Shown here in pieces: positions 39,100 through 51,838 of a stretch of 64,000 nucleotides of DNA (its first letter is position 1; the number at the start of each line of letters is the position of its first letter). The stretch lies in the NCBI GenBank assembly GCA_951406725.2, contig OX597824.1, forward strand, positions 5,580,001 to 5,644,000. Direction: 5' to 3'. The DNA comes from Octopus vulgaris. Lineage: Eukaryota. The notes beneath the pieces are model-generated. The model was not told where the DNA came from, ran no database searches, and saw only the letters and a program-made list of their open reading frames with translations. Both the position numbers and the translations under genes were made by a program.

Positions 39100-40850
39100 C
39101 CGAGTTTGATGAAACAATTTTTATTGAACTATACACTCTTTATTGGTAGCATTCAAAAACAGTGGTGGAGCCACCGATGCCTTGGTTCTAGGTCAGGCAC
39201 CAATGACAATCCACGCTCAGTTCCAGGCATCTTCTTAATATCAGGAGAAAGAGTTGCTAACAGTTCTTTTTGTCTCGTTAGAAATTTCATAATAGTATGC
39301 AAATTTACAGTCCTATTTACAGAGCGTCATCCCTTCCAGCCATGACATCCCAACAGTTTCAAATCATTGCCAGCATCAGCGAGTAAACGTTTGAAAGGGC
39401 TGGCTTTTTACCATCTTCCCAATGCATTCCGTTTCAGCTGCATGTCAGTCTCTTTCTCCTATTTGTATTCAGTTCTACGAAATCTGCTTATTTTTCAGGA
39501 GAAAGTCATTTTACTTTTTTTTCTGGTATCAAGAATCAATTCCAAGACATCACCTTTCCTTACCAGGTTCAATCCAACGTTCTCTGCAAGCTTTGAAAGT
39601 TTTTTTTACAATAATTATATCGGTCGCCTCGGCCGGTCCAAATCTTTCCAAATCGTTTCTTCCTTTGTGTAGAACTTCCTTCAAAACTACACGAAAGCAC
39701 TTTGGAGAGACCCTTGTCGTTGCGTCATCATTAAATGAACGACAAACTAAACGGTAAATAGCCGCATGTAAAATTTTACAGATATAGAAGAATGCGTGTC
39801 TGACAGAGCGATAAGGTTCATATAGGATTTCGTCAAGTTCTTGTTAGGCTTCGGTACATCAGTTGCTTAATAGGAGTTGTGCCTGGAAGTCACGCGATCT
39901 ACGTTAACATTAATCTCCTTTTGAATTTCATCACGAATTTGGAGGATGGCTAGGAATGGTGTCTAACACGAGAATAGCTTTAAGTGACAAATAATTATCA
40001 ATGGAGAAGCTGTATGCTGCAGTACCAAAATGCATGTGCTTCACTAAACGAACAATCCCTGAATGACTCACGCCTTATTTTACGACTGCTAAAAGAACGG
40101 TAATTGCAGCATATGTTAACCCTTCCAATGTTTTGGTTGCTTTCGAGCGTTAGACTGACACAGCTTCAATTTCAGAGTTCTTGAAACAATACCACCCAGC
40201 AGATAATTCCTTGACAGCTTTAAATGACAACACAAGCTTATTTTCTTTAGCAATAAACAATCCTTGAAGGCATTCTCTTTCAATATTATACTGAATATAA
40301 AATGTTCAAGATATTTATCACTATGTATTTATAGAATGGCTTGGTTTTCTGCAGTGAATAAGATGCCTACTTCTATACTTCTATTTGCTTCCTCTCTATA
40401 AACTGAACACTCGGCTCATATCGCCTACCACAAATGCAAACGCATCATTCCCACCTTCCTTTTCCATTTCTTCATTATAGACTTTATCACAGATATTACC
40501 TTGCCTCGTTGAATATTTTTCTGGTTCAACTATTCCACTCACAATTTTTATAACTTCCTTTCTTTCAATAAATTTATTCTGAAAATCCGGTTTTCGTCGA
40601 AAGAAAGACGGTATAATTCGATTCAATTATCGATTGAAGAAATTTCATATCCTTTATGCATGCGATGCTTTCAGAACCGACAAGAAAATTGCAGACTTTT
40701 TTTTTGCTTTGACATTTGCAGATTTGCTATCAAGATAATCTAACTTTTGATTTATGGCATGTGGCTCAGCGTAAACATTTTCAAATTCTTCTCTGACCCC
40801 GAAAAGCTGGTTTATAAATGGGATTTTGATTGTGTTCTTTACCCTGAAAT
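39100..40850 (-). pseudogene. Decayed Tigger/pogo-type DNA transposase relic
   Basis: Minus-strand fragments occur in order: FDE..(DETG-like) ~40590, KAILVLDTIPSHP (LLLDNAPGHP-like) ~39950-39985, and LAENVGLNLVRKGDVLELI ~39535-39590. Confidence 0.55.
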
Positions 40851-40901
40851 TTTGGAGAAATGAAATCGGATGATGATAAGATTATGAGATTTCATGCTTC
40901 A

Positions 40902-41003
<102 letters not shown>

Positions 41004-41010
41004 CATACAT

Positions 41011-41044
<34 letters not shown>

Positions 41045-41056
41045 GTATCTATCTAT

Positions 41057-41091
<35 letters not shown>

Positions 41092-43104
41092 CATATACAT
41101 ATATATGTATATATAATTTTATGTATGTATATACATACATATATATACACACATATACACATACACACGTTTGTATATATTTGCGTATATGTGTGTATGG
41201 GTGTGCATGTATGTATATGTGTGTGTATGTGCATGTATGTATTTATGTGTATATACAGAAACGTATATATTCTATGGCGGCCGATTTAAAGAAGTATTCA
41301 CCGTTAAGACGGTCACACTTTTCTTCATAAGCAATCTTCATCTTCATAATTGTTCTTTTATTTCTTTTATCTTACCTCTTGGTGAATTTTAAATGACATA
41401 TCTAAGTTTTAAATTTTAGTATTTATTTCATCGATTAAGTTCATATAGAATTTCCAAAACGAACCACATTAATATCACAGGCAAAGCGACGATATATTTA
41501 AAAGGAAAGTGACGAAATATACGTTTGTTGTTAAAAGAAAACATAAAACAGAGCATATATTATCAAATATAAAATGTCGAATCGAAATAATTTTCTTCTG
41601 TTTTGCGCTGGAAGCGCAGAAAGCAATTGTTCCTCTGAAAAAATACTTTTGTCTAAAACAGATAAAGATAACATTTCATTGAAAATGTCAATAGAGAAGA
41701 ACAAAATTTGAATTTTCCTCCTCTTATTATTGGTTACCGCTCAGAATATCGGTAGTTTTAAAATTAATTAAGATGTCAGCTGCAGGGGGAGCAAAGGTCT
41801 TAACTTAATCAGAGAGGATATTACAACTTAATCATTTAAGGAGTTAACATCTTGTATACGTGACAGGAACCTGTTTTAAATTAATTAGAGTATAGATAGC
41901 GTATGTTAATTAATCCGTTCAACAAGAATAAAAGAGACTTAAATTAAATCAATCGGTAGCGATAATTTATTTCTTCATGACAAGAAACAAAGACGAAAAC
42001 GGTAGAACAGAGCCAACGTCGCCATCCTTCAGCTTTTGACTCCTCCGTTTCGCCATTTGTCTTTATTTATGTCGCGTATGAATTCGGGGGACGTCGCTTC
42101 ATTTTAAAATTAATTCTCCTTCTGATGTTAATCGTATTAATAAGACATCGATAGATACCACTGAAAACACACAAGAAGCAAATAACATGCTATATGTAAA
42201 CAAATGAATAGTTTCTGAAATAAAGACGTCTACTTTAGATCGGAATTGATTAATAATTAGATTGGATGATGGTTACATTAATCTAGTATATATTGAATGA
42301 ACAAAGCTCGTAAAACTGTGATAAATGATTATTTTCACAGCTAGACATGTTGCTTTTGATTAGCCCACGTCAGTCGTGATGAAATAGATCTCTGATCAAA
42401 GACATTTCTGCCGTGATTATCTCGTTTTATTTTTTGTTTATCTGGAAATAAATATCTTGAATGTGGCATTCGTTTTTATAACGGTAAGACATAATATAAC
42501 AAAGAATTGAACGACATCTGACTGCTATTTCTAAGCGACCACGTAAAGGTTCGTCTTTTGCTCGACTGGACATGTAGAATATCAAACTAAATATTTTACT
42601 GCTCGCATTTCGAAGTCAAATCACTTTCGATCGTCTTTGATCTTTCTCATCCCATAGCAAGTATAATAATTACCAGAACTACTCCAGAATTGGATCAATA
42701 AATGATATTCACCTCTAATTACAAACCAAGCTTCGTATCTACATAAAACGAAACCATATTTCTACAACCATAATTACTTGGTTTCCATTGGAATTAGCGT
42801 GGCCGCTCTATTACATTAATGGCGATGGTCAAACGTACATTGTCGTAATTGATTAAATCGGCAGAGTATTGAACTAACGGTCAGATGTTTGCCTCTCATT
42901 ACATGTTCCACGTTAATAGCTCAATCTAGTTCGCTTGGTTTAAGTAAGCTTCTGAGATTATTAATCCATTTCTGTTTAATAAAAACATTCTGATGGAGTA
43001 CAGTTCTCTAAAAAGTTCACATCAAGTAAAGGACTTTAGGATTTTTCAGATTCATTATTAAAGCAATGATGTTCAGAATACAGATATAGAGATATCACGA
43101 AATG

Positions 43105-43505
43105 AAGGCGGCGAGCACACCGGGCGAAATGCGTAGCGGTATTTCGTCAGCCGGTACGGTCTGAGTTCAAATTCCGCCGAGGTCGACTTTGCCTTTCATC
43201 CTTTCGGGGTCGATAAATTAAGTACCAGTTATGCACTGGGGTCGATGTAATCGTCTTAATACCTATGTCTGTCCTTGTTTGTCCCCTCTGTGTTTAGCCC
43301 CTTGTGGGTAATAAAGGAATAGGTATTTCGTCAGCCGGTACGGTCTGAGTTCAAATTCCGCCGAGGTCGACTTTGCCTTTCATCCTTTCGGGGTCGATAA
43401 ATTAAGTACCAGTTACGCACTGGGGTCGATGGAATCGACTTAATCGCTTTGTCTGTCCTTGTTTGTCCCCTCTGTGTTTAGCCCCTTGTGGGTAGTAACG
43501 AAATA
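43105..43505 (+). mobile_element. SINE family B dimer with candidate TSD
   Basis: The body repeats at 43138 and 43322. Similar flanks ataga..atcacgaaat lie at ~43082-43103 and ~43507-43526. Confidence 0.9.
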
Positions 43506-43671
43506 GATATAGAGAGATCACGAAATACGTAAATAAACCGTTTTTAATGACATCTTTAGGTTGCAAAAGGTCAGTGCTTCGAGTCCCGCAAGAAGCTTTC
43601 TGCTCAAGATATCCTTTAACCTGCTGTATTTTATCCTTTTCTCATGTTGTTATTGATAGGCTATCATATAT

Positions 43672-43734
<63 letters not shown>

Positions 43735-44287
43735 ATTATATAAATGTTAATATAAATATAATGTTATGTAAATGTTATATACAATGTTTATATAAATGCA
43801 ATGTTTATATTAAAAAGATGTTAGTACATAGTTACATATTTCTCGATACTTCTACATTTATCTTCTCAACATAAACAAACTGCTTCACTGACAAGATTTA
43901 AGAGTTTCATTTGGATGGCTGAGAATCGTTTAGTTGCTTGATTGTAATTCGTAGCTCAACTGCCTGGCTTACAGAAGTTGCGTGTTTGAAGACCACAGGC
44001 AGTTTTCTCTTTTTTTCGGTTCAAGGGATTTTTAACCTATATTATAAGATATATTTCAACAATTTTTATATTCCATCATAGTAATCGTCATGCTTTCCCC
44101 TCGAATTATGCTTAGAACATAGTTTCATACTGTTTCCATTCTTATTTATTACGGAGATGTACTTGCATAGCAAGTGACCTGATCTGAGATCGTGTGCCAC
44201 AACGAAAAAAAAAGGGCGGAAGGTGTTTATAAGTCATTTAAGAAACACCCAAAATCCTTTAGATTCACTTCAGCATTTAAATTTAAA

Positions 44288-44338
44288 TTTGTCAAAATAT
44301 TTTCGTCGCTTTGAGACCGTGACCTGTTCACTGACAAA
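44288..44338 (-). ncRNA. Hammerhead ribozyme variant, G3-C8 core (mirror copy)
   Basis: Minus strand UUUGUCA-GUGAACA-G-GUCaC..GCGAC-GAAA-AUAU-UU-UGACAAA. Confidence 0.55.
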
Positions 44339-44358
44339 GTTGTGATGCAGCACGGAAT

Positions 44359-44409
44359 TTTGTCAGTGAACAAGTCGCGGTCTCAAAGCGACGAAAATAT
44401 TTTGACAAA
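44359..44409 (+). ncRNA. Hammerhead ribozyme variant, G3-C8 core
   Basis: Stem I UUUGUCA/UGACAAA; core GUGAACA at 44366-44372; one extra A; stem II GUCGC/GCGAC; GAAA at 44393-44396; palindromic AAUAUU stem III; UUU triplet. Confidence 0.65.
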
Positions 44410-46794
44410 TTTAAATTTAAATGCTGAAGTGAATCTAAAGGATTTTGTGTGTTTCTTAAATGGCTTATAAACACCTTCCGCCTTGCAATTGTATTCTTAT
44501 ATATTCTGCCGTTAATTAAAAGGAACTGAAATGATACTTAAGCAGTAAACATCTTTAACTGGGATGTATTGTTTTACTCCTTTTGACAGTACGATGTGAA
44601 CGCTACAGAAACAGAATCATTATAGAACAAACGATTTTATCGTTTCGTTGACATTTTAATGTTACCTTGAACTCTTAGTTTTTGGCGTGGCTATTGAAAC
44701 TGACAGGAGAAAGAGAAGATTATTTCTGTGTATTCAGAACAAGGATTGTACACGAATATTTTCAACAGAGTAGACACTGCTAAGAAATCCCAATGTCTCG
44801 TAGTGGTGTTAAACCGAACAACAAACGGAGTTTACCAACCAAGAAAAATTACATTTTATCTGACAGGTTTGCGTTTTGCTTCTGTCTTCTTACTTTCATT
44901 CACACTGATTGTGTTGACCAGAAGCTATGGTGAAAATAATTCATTAAGGTCGGTCAGACGCCCATAAGTGACAGAACGGAAATATTTGCTCCAAGTTATA
45001 TATACTGAGGAAACGATCTTCTCCACCTACGTAAACAATTATTGAGGAAAATGTCCTTGAATGTCTAAGCTTGGTAGAAAACGCTTCATTTTCTCTCATT
45101 ATTTAAAATTATTTGGTATCGATAAATAGTTATTGATATTCTTTTCTTTAAAATGTATAGAATAGGTGAGGTCTTTTTTGCTGCATTATTTTTGTGTATG
45201 AGTGGAAAAACGAAATATATCCTAATGAAAGATCTATTAACAACTCAATGAAGCTTATGATACATTCTCTCAAGATATCCAAATGAACTGATAGTGGTCT
45301 TTACGCTATTTAATGCTTTTCTCATTAGCAACAAAACCCTAAGAGGAGGATAGTTCTTCACGGTTAAATAGAAAGAAAATGGTAAATCTCCGTTCTTTAA
45401 ATTCATTTCTCTCCGTTAAATCTCTATAAGTTACTTATGTGAGGTGATGTCAACTAAAGTAGAAAATAATAATTATTTGAAATTTAGGGACAAGGATAGC
45501 AATTTTGAAAGAAAGGGTAAGTCAATAACATCAATTCCAGGTGATACTTCACTAGGTGATACTTATTTTATCGACCCCAAAATGATGAAATGTAACGTCT
45601 ACGATTTGAACTCAGAATACAAGGAACCCGATGACATTCGGTTAAACATTTTGCCAACGCAACATCTTGAAAGCGGAGAATAATAATTGAAAGCTTCAAA
45701 GGATTTCTGGCTTCATTTTTAATACCGCAATGTCTTTCATCTTCCGTATGCATCAGAGGGGATCTCCTTTATTGTATATAAGAACAAATTAACGCACACG
45801 CGAGCAGTTCGCTTCTTCGCTGTGGGTGGCTTCGTACATGATCCCAGCGCATGAAACATTTGGCAAAGTGTCGTTTCTTATAACCTTTGAGAGTGAATCA
45901 ATTTTACTTGATCGAGCGAGAGTCCATCCACCGTATATATATATTCTCTTCATCACCCATACTCTCTTGATGTCATGAACCACAAAGTTATGTGAACGTA
46001 TAGGTAACAACACCTCTTCTCCAAAGACATAAGACATACTCACAATCGTTCACGCACGCACGCAGATATAAACACAGCCACACATATACGCACACATACA
46101 TCAGCGCATAGACATGTGCTTTCCATTTGTGTGTGTGCGTTTGAATATCAGTGCGGGTGTGTATGATGCAGAATACATGCTATAACTTCTTCAAAGTGTG
46201 TGTCATAAAAGCAATAATCCATAATTAGCTTGAAGTCATCCCTTTGATCCTCTCCATAATATAGCAAAAATGTACTTCAGTTTGGCCAATGATAATATTA
46301 CAGATGATCGCTGTAGCATTTCTGCTTCTTTCGTTTTCCCTATTTTATCCTTTATAATTGCGATTCCTTCATTGTTCCACTGGGAGAGCTGTTAAACGGC
46401 CTCTGGGCCTTCTCGGTTTCGCAGCCAAGTCTCCCTCAGATACAAATGGCATTCAAAAACATTCGCTCACTCATAACACGAGCCTGATTAGAATGTAATT
46501 TAAAATAAAATGGGGATATAATGACAGCTTGACCAGGTTTGACCAGGTTTGACCTAGGGCTCAGCAGTTAGAACAACAATGACTTCGACCACTATTTCGA
46601 GTCGGTGAGGAAGCATTTACACGATGTTCCGGCCTCTTACGAAGACTACCGCAATTACAGTCTATAGTAGTGTACAAGTATGACACATTGAACAACACAC
46701 ACGCACAAACACATACACACATATGTATTATGTATGCATATATATATATATACATATATATATATGCATATATATATATACATATATATATATA

Positions 46795-46842
<48 letters not shown>

Positions 46843-46846
<4 letters not shown>

Positions 46847-47432
46847 TAATGCAATACAAAGTATTGCCTTCCAGTAAAAAGTAGCCCGTGAGGGAAAAAT
46901 ACACAAATTAGTAAATAAATGGCACAACTAAGTACCGATATTTACTGGAAATAGCGAATGTAAAAATACGACGCTAATGTGTAGCTTCACCGCGTATGTA
47001 TTAGCAAAAATGCGTGTGTGCAACAAAATTAGAAAAAAAAACCGTCTTACCTCCAGGGAGAACATCTGAAAGATGAAACACCCGGAAAATGGATAATGTG
47101 GTACCTGCAGGTTTCAGGTTTTACAAGATATGTCTCTCACCTATATTTTGTTTTACCTTCATCATCATTGGCTGATGAAGGTAAAACAAAATATAGGTGA
47201 GAGACATATCTTTTAAAACCTGAAACCTGCAGGTACCACATTATCCTTTTCCGGGTGTTTCATCTTTCAGATGTTCTCCCTGGAGGTAAGACGGTTTTTT
47301 TCTCTATTTTGTTGCACACACGCATTTTTGCTAATACATACGCGGTGAAGCTACACATTAGCGTCGTATTTTTACGTTCGCTATTTCCAGTAAATATCGG
47401 TACTTAGTTGTGCCATTTATTTACCAATTTGT
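46843..47432. mobile_element. Foldback element in (TA)n, ~260-bp arms, 8-nt apex
   Basis: Arms 46903-47164 / 47173-47432 with loop tcattggc. (TA)n lies on both sides. Confidence 0.9.
47169..47238 (+). ncRNA. Type I hammerhead ribozyme at the foldback apex
   Basis: UGG-CUGAUGA (47172-47178)-AGGU..ACCU-GAAA-CCUGCAG-GUA-CCA, with palindromic stem III ACCUGCAGGU and a GUA triplet. Stem I is only 3 bp. Confidence 0.7.
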
Positions 47433-47565
47433 ATATATATATATATATATATAACGTTAAGTCCTCTTTCCTTCCTTTTCTGAGCGTTGTGATAATACAG
47501 TGCTTGTACCACATCCTCGCTTTATTGTTTTTTTCTTATTTGCTCTTCTGTGTTTGGATTCATTA

Positions 47566-47637
47566 TATCTATCTATCTATCTATCTAACTACCCATCTGT
47601 CTGTCTGTCTGTCTCTCTCTATCTATTTATCTGTCTG

Positions 47638-47717
<80 letters not shown>

Positions 47718-47737
47718 CCTATCTATATGTCTATCTA

Positions 47738-47768
<31 letters not shown>

Positions 47769-47785
47769 ATCTATCTATCTATTTA

Positions 47786-47833
<48 letters not shown>

Positions 47834-47870
47834 CCTATCTATATGTCTATATATCTGTCTGCCTGTCTGT

Positions 47871-47904
<34 letters not shown>

Positions 47905-47915
47905 TTATCTGTCTG

Positions 47916-47979
<64 letters not shown>

Positions 47980-47999
47980 CCTATCTATGTGTCTATCTA

Positions 48000-48046
<47 letters not shown>

Positions 48047-48063
48047 ATCTATTTATCTGTCTG

Positions 48064-48140
<77 letters not shown>

Positions 48141-48222
48141 TTATCTGTCTGTCTATCTATCTATCTATCTACCTATCTATATGTCTATCTCTCTGTCTGT
48201 CTGTCTGTCTCTCTATCTATCT
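47566..48222. repeat. Compound (TCTA)n/(TCTG)n microsatellite with higher-order repeats
   Basis: Read directly. The interruption acctatctat(a)tgt recurs at ~47717, 47833, 47979 and 48171. Confidence 0.95.
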
Positions 48223-49639
48223 TTACATCTCTCTCCCCATCTTGACACCTTCCCTCACACATATACATATACACTATACGAAGAGGCCTGTTCTTGATCC
48301 ACGGGTACGTTTTGCAGTTCCAATCGTTCAAACAATTGATGATGGTCGCAATGTGAAAATACACAAGCTAACATGCTCGAAAACGCATGAATTCGATGCT
48401 GTGTGCAAATATGCATGTTGGTTCAATTCCCCAAGCGTCATGTAACAAAAAAAAAAAAAAAAAGAATTAAAAAGGATCACGTGAACATGGATTCGAATTT
48501 CGTTAATGAATTGTTTGTATTGTTGAAGAAATGAAGGTTTTCGAAATGTAGACCAGCATTCAGAGTATGGAAAATCCATTATACAGAATATAGAATTTTG
48601 AAGCCCATTGTTAGGATTTTCTTCAATAAACAGCTTTAGAAGAATCTCAAATAAAAGGGGATAATATAAAAATTATGCGACATGCGTATTTTTATATCAG
48701 TTTTTCCATAATGTGTGATCATTGCAAAGTATAATTTTCTATTATAGCCTTTTCCAATTCCGATAGAAAAAGAAATCTGAATTGGTGAATAATACTTGCC
48801 GGCTCTTCTATCACTACCTATTGGAATTTTCCGACTAATAACTGCTTTGCTATTTTGTTTTATTATATTTTATTTCGTGCACAATGGTTTTGGCATCTGT
48901 ATATCTATGTATGCATATTTGTATTTACGCGTGCATGTGTGCGAGTGCGCAGGCACCGGCGTGCACGTGTGTTTATGTGTGATACTGTGTTTGTTTAGAT
49001 AACATGTAATTAATAACATAGAGGTGAAAATATATAATTTGCACTTATGGACAGTATTCGATTAGTGTCAAAAACAAAAATATGTAGAACTGATAATAAT
49101 TTATTGCTATTGAGAAATACATGGGCATTATGGAATACACAAAAGGGGCCAAATTTTAAAGGCTGCGAGAGAAATCTTTGATTGCAGTTCGATGCCAAAA
49201 CGAATTGATTCTACGGAGAACTTCTGAACTTCTAATGCCAGTCTTCGACAACACTCAAGCACTTAGCATCGCATATATTGGAAACCTACATTGGCTGCAA
49301 CAAATACCATTTCCTAATGCTTTTACCATTCTTTACGTCACTGTCTGCAATTTTTCGCACAGTCTGGTGACTAAAATCACTGAAAGTCTTTTAGTGTAGT
49401 CGTAATCTGCTTTATATTAGTATTAGCCATATCTATGTTAATGTACTTGAACATTAGTTCAAAGACGAAGTTTTAGTCATATAAATGTACATTATAGTTA
49501 TTAGCGATATTGATTAAGTTTTCACAGCCAAATACACAGACGTAATTTAAAGTTCTATTCAGTGAATTTTGACATAAGTGATATCTGACAATACATGCAC
49601 GCACATTTACATATACGCACACACACACACACAGCCACG

Positions 49640-49686
<47 letters not shown>

Positions 49687-49894
49687 GTATGTATACATAT
49701 ATATATATATATGCATTAAAAGAAAGGAAGCACATTTTTTTGAACATATTTAAATTCTAACCACAATTTAAAGTGTTACCTGCAGCAACAAAAGAAACAA
49801 CAACAACAACAACAACAACGACAACAGCATCGTTTATTTTGCACATTAACGCAAGCCCGCAGTAGATATGTATCGACTTCTGCTGTAACATCCG

Positions 49895-49982
<88 letters not shown>

Positions 49983-50062
49983 TATATATATATGTATATA
50001 TATGTATATTTATACATATATGTATATATATGTATATATATATATTTATATATATGTATATA

Positions 50063-50099
<37 letters not shown>

Positions 50100-50162
50100 T
50101 TATATATATATACACACACACACACATATATATATATGTGTGTGTATATATATATATATGTA

Positions 50163-50237
<75 letters not shown>

Positions 50238-50387
50238 ATAAAGATGGTATACTTAAATATTGCATGGCATTTAATCAAGTGCTCTGATGTTGCTCAAACT
50301 TAATCACTCAAACAGTAACAACATCCGTAGCAACAACTAGAACAGTAACAAGAACACGAACAAGAACAAGAATAACAATAACAACAA

Positions 50388-50505
<118 letters not shown>

Positions 50506-51020
50506 GTAGTTTCGGGGGTTCGGTGAGCGATCTTAGACAGTGTCTTCTCTTCTGGCAAATAATTGTGCATGCGCGCGCGCGCGCCTGTGTGTATATGTGT
50601 GTGAGTACGTGCGTGTGCGTATGTGTATGAGCCTGTGTATCTTACATACACTTCTTCTAATTCCTTTATTCCATTTCGTTATTCCATAATTAAAATATAC
50701 TTTGATATTTTCATCTTTGCTTCTTCCTGTTTTACATATTCTATATAATTGTACAATAATCGCAAAATATAAATTTCGCCACTAAACAGCAATTGTTAAA
50801 AAATGTCTCTTACATTTACACTATCTACAATGTATTTGGTGGGGCTTCAAAGTTGAACAAGCATTCACACATACATTCACGCGGTCGCACAGAAACCAAC
50901 GTTTAGCCAAACACTTTTAGATCAATGCCTTAAAATACCCAACTCACTTTAAAATCTATTTTGTCAACTTGCTGACCCAACATAAGCTTCCTTCACTATT
51001 TAGCAATATATATCTACCTT

Positions 51021-51838
51021 AAGGCGGCGAGCTGGCAGAAACGTTAGCACGCCGGGGGAAATGCTTAGCCGTATTTCGTCTGCCGCTACGTTTTGAGTTC
51101 AAATTCCGCCGAGGTCGACTTTGTCTTTCATCCTTTCGGAGTCGATAAATTAAGTACCAGTTACGCACTGAGGTCGATATAATCGACTTAATCCCTTTGT
51201 ATGTCTTTCTTTATCCCCTCTATGTTTAGCCCCTTGTGGGCAATAAAGAAATAAGAAATGTTAGCACACCGGACGAAATGCGTAGCAGTATTTCGTCTGT
51301 CTTTACGCTCCGAGTTCAAATTCCACCGATGTCAAGTTTGCCTTTTATCCTTTCGTGGTCTATAAATTAAGTACCAGTTACGCATTGGGTCGATCTAATC
51401 GACTCAATCCCTTTGTCTGTCCTTGTTTAGCCCCTTGTGGGCAATAAAGAAATAAGAAACATTAGCACGCCCGGCGAAATGATTAGCGGTATTTCGTCTA
51501 CCGCGACGTTCTGAGTTCAAATTCCGCAGAGGTCGTCTTTGCATTTCAACCTTTCGGGGTCAAAAAATTAATTACCAGTTACGGACTGGGGTCGATCTAA
51601 TCGACTTAATCCGTTTGTCTGTCCTTGTTTGTCCTCTCAGTGTTTAGCCCCCTGTGGGCAGTAAAGAAGCAGGTATTTCGTATGTCTTTACGTTCTGAGT
51701 TCAAATTCCACCGATGCAGAGTTTGCCTTTCATCATTTTGTGGTTAATAAATTAAGTACCAGTTGCGTTCTGGGGTCGATCTCATCGGCCAGACCCCTCC
51801 TCACCAAAATAATTCGGGCCTTGTGCCTAGAGTAGAGA
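51021..51838 (+). mobile_element. SINE family B tetramer
   Basis: gagttcaaattcc..aaattaa.taccagtt occurs four times (~51096, 51312, 51514, 51697), with a partial head gaaa..ttagcac in internal units. Confidence 0.9.

Larger units (their letters stand above)
44151..44492. mobile_element. Foldback element carrying variant hammerheads; candidate 13-bp TSD
   Basis: Arms 44215-44338 / 44359-44482. Flanks are attcttatttatt (44138-44150) and attcttatatatt (44493-44505). Confidence 0.85.

Noticed and set aside
47408-48445. 345-aa ORF and the many IY/CV/HT-rich ORFs across the window
   Set aside because: These are translations of stop-free microsatellites with no protein-like complexity.
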